From the NCBI GenBank assembly GCA_964016885.1, contig OZ024741.1, positions 39,122,001 through 39,186,000 of the forward strand: DNA of 64,000 bases. The letters are read 5' to 3'. The position numbers and the translations under genes were made by a program. The DNA is from Eledone cirrhosa. Taxonomy: Eukaryota. Every line of letters begins with the position of its first letter. Position 1 is the stretch's first letter. Positions 57,319 to 64,000 of this stretch are shown in pieces. The notes below the pieces were generated by a model. It worked only from the letters and a program-made list of their open reading frames with translations, searched no databases and was not told where the DNA came from.

Positions 57319-58136
57319 GTGTTTCTGATATATATTTTTATTGGTATATTGAGATCTGCTCTCTATTTCTGCTTGATAGATGATCTTGTAGAGTAAAGAC
57401 AGGAATAATAATTAATACACATATATGTATGCTCAAATTTTTATACCACATTGAGAATGTTTTCCGTGAACTTAGAGTTTGCAGGGTGAATCATGTGGAT
57501 TCGCATGGATGTTTGTAGCTGTCACATAAACATATGAATTTTTTAAAACTAAACATAGGATAATTAATTTTCACACACTATGGGTGCTTGTCTCATTCAG
57601 GAATACTGATATTTACAATATAGTGTAAGTTTTATAAATACTAATACATTAAAACATAGGGTTTTTACGCCTCGAATATATCTGGCTATTTTTAAATTTT
57701 TTTTTTTTTCTCTCGCTATTTTTTCCTCTCTCTATATTTTTTCTCTCTATATATATCTCCCTTACATTAATACTTGAGCTAAATGGATGGATGGATGAAT
57801 AAATGTATCATTGATACATTTACTCAAAATGACCTCCCACTACCTAATTTTCTATATATATATGTATCTATCTCTATTTCCTCTCTCTCTCTATATATAT
57901 ATCTCTTTCTGTTTCTTTGCGTGGGGTTCTTCGCTTTATCTATCTTTCCATCTCTCTATTTTGTTCCATGCATTTCTTCTTTTTCTTCCTTTTCTTCGTT
58001 TTCTGTCTTTCTTTCTTTTTCTCTCTTTCTTTCTCTCTGTGTAAAATTTTTTCACTGCCAGCTTAAACCTCTTCAAATGGAAGTCGGTGTTATAACGGTA
58101 TGTCGAATCTATTTATCTATAAAACTGTTTATATTG

Positions 58137-58202
58137 TATTTTGTCTGAGGAAGGCATAGCATATTGTTAATATGATATCCCCGAAATATATATAATGAAA
58201 TA
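58137..58202 (+). ncRNA. Type I hammerhead ribozyme in the pLTR (inverted copy 56152-56217)
   Basis: UAUUUUGU-CUGAGGA-stem II-GAAA-UAUAUA-UA/AUGAAAUA; 8-bp stem I with G-U pairs. Confidence 0.78.
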
Positions 58203-58239
58203 AATATGGTTTTATAAATATAGTTTCCATTTATTTAAT

Positions 58240-58283
<44 letters not shown>

Positions 58284-58342
58284 TGCACACACACACACAC
58301 ATATATATATATGTGTGTGTATATATATATATATATATACAT

Positions 58343-58389
<47 letters not shown>

Positions 58390-58455
58390 TACACACACAC
58401 ATATATATATGCACACACGCACTCACACACACTCTCTCTCTCTCACACACACACA

Positions 58456-58539
<84 letters not shown>

Positions 58540-59410
58540 CACCCGTACACCTAACCAACATCCAAACTTTAAAATTTCCCCATTTACAAATTCATAGACA
58601 ACGCTTCTTTCCTCCATCGTACCAATAAGGAAACGTACTTCATTAACAAATTCCAACCTCTATTTAATGGACTAAACTTCGGACTAAACTAAAACTGGAA
58701 CGAACAATGTACCAAAACCAAATCCCTATGTTCTCCAAAGAGTTTCCTCCCTAACACCCTCCCTACTCCTTTTTCTTATATAAATGAATTACCCCCTCTC
58801 ACCTCTCTCTCCTCTACCTGACCACCCTGAATTACCCCCACCTGCATATTAACTCTCTAAAAAGGGAAATCATATCAAACCCCAGACTACCATTTGCCTC
58901 CACCATGGATCAACTAAGCACTCTTGCCATAATAACCCATTTTGAACTGCTTATCTTCAAGAACTATGCCTGTCTATAATATTATGTTTTCTTTCACATT
59001 GACTTATTATGCTCCACATTACCACTTTTTTTTTCTTTTCACTTCAAAAACCTTGTTTGTAAATAACATTATTCTTTCTTCACCATTTCCTTAACATGTT
59101 CAACATTATCAACATTTTACACCAATACAAATTCCCGCCTTTGATAATGCATAAAATGCTGAAACCGCTAATAGACAATTATTAAATATATAAATAAATA
59201 AATAAATGCCATTGTTAATTAATAAATACATTAACTAATACCATAACACTTCACACAAAGTAAAATATTTTGTTTTAAACATTTTCTAATCCAGAAAAAA
59301 GAGAAACAAATATTTTTCTTCCTAATGATCGTCTTTTTCTTCCTATTTTCATATATATATATATTCCAACTAGTCTGCTCTTTCTCCACATTTTATTATA
59401 TATGTATATA

Positions 59411-59603
59411 TAGGAAAAAGTATAACCCCGACGGCAGAGCTCAAGCCGTTTCGACGGCTATTTCTGGACTGAAATAGCCGTTGAAACGGCTTGAGCTCTG
59501 CCGTCGGGGTCATACTTTTTCCTATTTCCCACTCTACTACCCTAAGTATTGAGTACTCTGGTGCGTTATGGTCCATCTGGTTCCTTACCACAATTCCTTT
59601 GTT
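59411..59603 (+). mobile_element. Family C fold-back element, copy 5
   Basis: ~55-bp inverted arms around ~59467, then shared body into (TA)n. Confidence 0.8.
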
Positions 59604-59786
59604 ATATATGTATATATATATATATAGTTCTAGACAATCAAGCAACGAATTGGCAGTGTGTTAGAGCGTCGGATGGCATGCCTTGCGTTATTTGTTAATG
59701 CAAATCCCGTTGGGTCTGGCATGGCTTCTTTTCAACACTACCACACTGCAAGTATTCGGGTAACGACTCCGGCTCTCGTATACTTT

Positions 59787-62467
59787 TGTAGTGACCTACA
59801 TTCCGCGGGCTCACATACATTCTCTGTGCGTGATTTGGCTCAGTTCAGCCAATCAGCGCCAGTAGAAGAGGATGTATCCCTACGCGCCCCGAGGAAGAAA
59901 TTCCCCGCGAAGATTTGAAGAATCTCTTTTTTGTACCGGAAACTTCAAGCCAGCAACACGCATAATGTAGCAGTGAGATATTGCACCCCTAGCCTCGCCG
60001 GCTTAACGGCGCAATGGCACATTCCCTTTTGTAACCTCTTTTTATCTGTAACTTCAACCATATAAATAAACAAACATTTCATCGCTAATTACTGCGGTTG
60101 AAGTCGTTGTTATGTTACTCGTGTCTCCATGACATCTTTAATCCATGCTGCTGGAATTGGCGACCTGACGAAAGGAATATTGTAAATAGATGGTAAATAG
60201 ATCGAGGGACCTTCCCTCACGTCTATGTCAACAAGATAATCCAACGAGGATACTATCACTTACCACACTGGCAACTAACGACCACTGATTCTACCACCCC
60301 GCTAAAGTGGGGACTTCTCTATAACCAAAAACTGCTAAAGTGGTGACCGACATAAGAATATCACGCAGCCCTTCTTATTCATTCAGTTTAACTTTTATTG
60401 CCACGTCGCAACTTGCGAAAATCCAGAATATTCCTTTTAATATTTTTGAAAAATTGGCAGTATTTCAAAAACTTTTTCGCCACGAAAAAATTTCAAGATG
60501 GCTACCGACATGTCATGGTTACGCTTGACAACAACAATGACAGCAGCAGCGACAGCGTTGTTTAACCACTGACCAATACAGGGAACAGTGAGTGGCAGCT
60601 TCATAACCTTACCGACGCCAACCACCACACATCGGAAATTTCAAAACGGCTTGTAACTTTACCGACGCAACCACCATACCTTCTGTCTCGTTACCACAGG
60701 GACGCGAGAAATTGAGACAGTAGTTTTCTCACCATTATGGCGTCAGACGTGACTGCCATATTTGGTGACTCCTAATCTACAGAAGATTCTTTGACTTTGC
60801 TTTAACAATAAGAAACACAACCGTGTGGCGGGACGGGAAAATGGCCACGAAATCTCACAAAAACACCATACATCTAACCCCTAACGGCATTAACAAACTT
60901 CTTTTTCAGTTTTCAGATCGAACTAGTGTCTGTACACTGGTGATGTGTGAACTATTTGACTTTGAAAAACTTTGAACTTATTGAGCAATTTCTCTGCTCC
61001 CCTAGATTGACTTTGAATTATCAGTTTGTTACATTCACATATTTCTTTGTAGAATGCATTTACTTGTTTTGTGCTCTTTTGCTATTTGCTTGCTCATGGT
61101 TTTTGTTTCTTCACATTCTTTGCTGTTTTACATGCCTGCATATGCACACATTTTTTTTTATCACACACCAACATGTTGTTCTTGGTATATGTTCTTCAAA
61201 CGTAATATTCTGCGAGTCCCTTTTCACCTGGTTGAGATGCTGGCAGCTCACAGAGCTTAATCCACTGGATTCAAACAGTCACCGCAACACGAGAATACTA
61301 ATTGCAGCTGAACTCAAACAGCTTCGCATCTCGTTGCACACTGATCGTCCATGACGGCCATCCGTCTTGTTGTTTTTGCCCGACTCGCTGGGAAAGCAAC
61401 AAATTGAACTGGACTTGTTAGCATTTCGGCCACTTCTGTGGATTCGCCCGAATTATGGAATTTACACTGCAACCCACCTACAGATTAAACTTGCCTTTTG
61501 TTCTTTACAAAGCAACCAGCCATTTTTTCCTGGCTCCACAGCACATTCGACAATACATCTGGGGGCCATCATTTTCTCGCCAGCACTGGTAAACTACCAT
61601 AATAGCTTCGTTCACAGCTACTGGTACAACGCTTACCATTAACATTTAATGCAAGAACAGCAACCTCGCCCATGTCAGACTTTATTCGTTTTTTGTTAGA
61701 CCTTTGGCGGTCACGTATATACAACAAAACAACTGGTCATTTGACACAGCGGCTCAACAAGGCTCGTAGCGCCTCATTTTTTGTTCTTGCATGCAACCTT
61801 CTGCTCAATTATTTTTTCACTGATGTGCTCTTTCAGCATTTGTTCTTGCTGATTTAATAATATGTGGGTCCTTGGTTTCTTCGTTATCGATTTTCGGCTG
61901 AAAATCTGGTTGGAGGTGATGTAGTGACCTACATTCCGCGGGCTCACATACATTCTCTGTGCGTGATTTGGCTCAGTTCAGCCAATCAGCGCCAGTAGAA
62001 GAGGATGTATCCCTACGCGCCCTGAGGAAGAAATTCCCCGCGAAGATTTGAAGAATCTCTTTTTTGTACCGGAAACTTCAAGCCAGCAACACGCATAATG
62101 TAGCAGTGAGATATTGCACCCCTAGCCTCGCCGGCTTAACGGCGCAATGGCACATTCCCTTTTGTAACCTCTTTTTATCTGTAACTTCAACCATATAAAT
62201 AAACAAACATTTCATCGCTAATTACTGCGGTTGAAGTCGTTGTTATGTTACTCGTGTCTCCATGACATCTTTAATCCATGCTGCTGGAATTGGCGACCTG
62301 ACGAAAGGAATATTGTAAATAGATGGTAAATAGATCGAGGGACCTTCCCTCACGTCTATGTCAACAAGATAATCCAACGAGGATACTATCACTTACCACA
62401 CTGGCAACTAACGACCACTGATTCTACCACTAAAGTGGGGACTTCTCTATAACCAATAACTGCTAAA
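59787..62467 (+). mobile_element. Young non-autonomous LTR element (Gypsy-like by 4-bp TSD)
   Basis: LTRs 59787-60339 and 61920-62467 (about 2 substitutions plus one 5-bp indel seen); TSD CTTT at 59783-59786 and 62468-62471; PBS-like TGGTGACC at 60341; purine-rich tract before the 3' LTR; no intact gag/pol. Confidence 0.9.
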
Positions 62468-62547
62468 CTTTCTTTCTTCTACCACTATAAAATATCCTTA
62501 AAAGGATCATTACTGCCGTTCTATCCCTGGGATGGATAGTAAAAAGA

Positions 62548-62622
62548 ATACGGCCATGTCGTGCTGAAAATACTAATTCTCGTCCTATCACCGAAGTTAA
62601 GCAATGTATGGCGTGTAAGCAT
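62548..62622 (+). pseudogene. 5S rRNA-derived fragment (pseudogene or SINE3 head)
   Basis: tacggccat...tgaaaa...ttctcgtcctatcaccgaagttaagca matches the 5' two-thirds of metazoan 5S rRNA including box A. Confidence 0.75.
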
Positions 62623-62974
62623 TTACATTAGGAGCAATGCCCCGGCATGACCTCGGCCGGATGGCTGGAACAGCTGAAAGAGTATTAAAAGCTTGAGAAA
62701 TAAATACCACACAACACTACAATATACACATTAAACCTCACAAATAAATGTCACTAAACAGGTTACATATTAAAGCATATTTTAAAGTACATTTTAAATT
62801 ACATATTAAACGTTCCTTTAAGTCCTTGCTGGTCTTCAGTTTGCACTTGAAACCCTAAACCGAAGGGGTATAATAACTTCATTTAAATATCTCTCTTCTA
62901 AAAGGGGAGGTAAGTTATGGCTTCAACCCCTTTCATCATAAAGCTTCGATCAGCCTAAATCTGGGGTAATACAG

Positions 62975-63008
<34 letters not shown>

Positions 63009-63229
63009 GTAAACCACCACAAAAGTTATCTACATTTTCCCCACTTCCAGCTATATATTACACTTATACCTCCCCCTCCCCACAATTTACCATCCTATCT
63101 ATCCCACAGACCAATCTCCCCCATCTCTACAATTTCTGCACTCCTAAAACTACAAGCGTCTCATTTCCATGGAAATCACTTTACATAGCGACCAACCCCA
63201 ATCTGTTATTATTTTAAATAAGGAGGCTA

Positions 63230-63262
<33 letters not shown>

Positions 63263-63555
63263 TGTATGTATGTATGTATGTATGTATGTATGTATGTATG
63301 TATGTATGTATGTATGTATGTATGTATGTATGTTCTTCTGGTTTTATAATTTCACAAAGTTTTACCAATAGAGAGAGAGAGTCGGTTTCTAACATAGACA
63401 CAAGACTCTCTCATTGGAATTTACACATCAACTAGGTAGATATGTATGCATGCATGTGTAGATATGGATGTTATTGTATGTGTGGATGTGTATGTTTTGA
63501 GTTGTATGTGTGCATGTGTATATGCTTTGTATCTGTACATGTGTATATGCAGTTA

Positions 63556-64000
63556 TTAGATGCAACATTTTTGGAATGTTTTACATATTTTTACTGTTCC
63601 ATTAATGGATTGTACTTGTAGTTTCCTAACTAGTTGTGTTCTTTCTGTTCCTGTGAAGCCTAGCTTCTCAAGATTTGTATTGAGGCAGTTACTAACATAT
63701 CCCAGTGCCCCAATAATGACAGGCATAAATCTGAAGGTGTAATCAGGGTGGAGTATCTGCAGATTTCTCATCAGTTCTGCATAAATATTCTCCTTTTCAC
63801 TAATCTTTGATATTATATTGACATCTGCTGGGCAGCTAATTTCCACTACTGTGTTTTCTTCTCCCTGTCCCATATCATAATATCTAGTCTGTTATGCCTG
63901 CATTTTATTGGGGTTTTTACTGGAACATTCCACCAGTACTCTTTCATATTATGTACATGGATGGCTTCCACATTGTTGTAGCTTTTAATGTGTTTATTAT
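63556..64000 (-). mobile_element. 3' end of an RLE-encoding non-LTR retrotransposon (R4/Dong-like), frameshifted
   Basis: YWWNVPV...HNRLDI, VVEISCP, EKENIY, PVIIGALG. Confidence 0.8.

Larger units (their letters stand above)
56109..58245 (+). mobile_element. 5'-truncated Penelope-like element with inverted 5' pLTR
   Basis: 183-bp inverted repeats 56109-56291 and 58063-58245, each with an HHR; GIY-YIG fragment; AT-rich 3' UTR; in (TA)n context. Confidence 0.88.

Noticed and set aside
59140-59175. UUGAUAA-UGCAU..AUGCU-GAAAC
   Set aside because: Two core mismatches and no stem I

Overview
AT-rich, microsatellite-saturated animal genomic DNA. The SINE repertoire and simple-repeat load suggest an octopus-like cephalopod (inference). 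No intact host protein-coding gene was recognised, and all giant ORFs are artefacts of 47-, 51-, 33- and 3-bp tandem repeats. The window is mostly retroelement debris: RTE-, CRE-, Tx1- and R4-like LINE fragments, tRNA-derived SINEs, a decayed mariner and a young non-autonomous LTR element. The main signal is a dense population of minimal type I hammerhead ribozyme (HHR) elements inserted in (TA)n tracts. (i) Two sequence-divergent tandem arrays (7391-8620 and 26049-29340) both have a 466-bp unit and a conserved architecture: an inverted octamer-like pair, an HHR with covarying stems, a 3' hairpin with U-rich end, and the same 3' insertion endpoint. They look like retrozymes. (ii) A ~100-bp module caps unrelated HHR elements. 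(iii) Many Penelope-type fold-back ends are present. (iv) A 5'-truncated Penelope-like element has a GIY-YIG region that looks A-to-G hyper-edited (ADAR-like) before integration. All ribozyme calls are by-eye structure readings and activity is untested.
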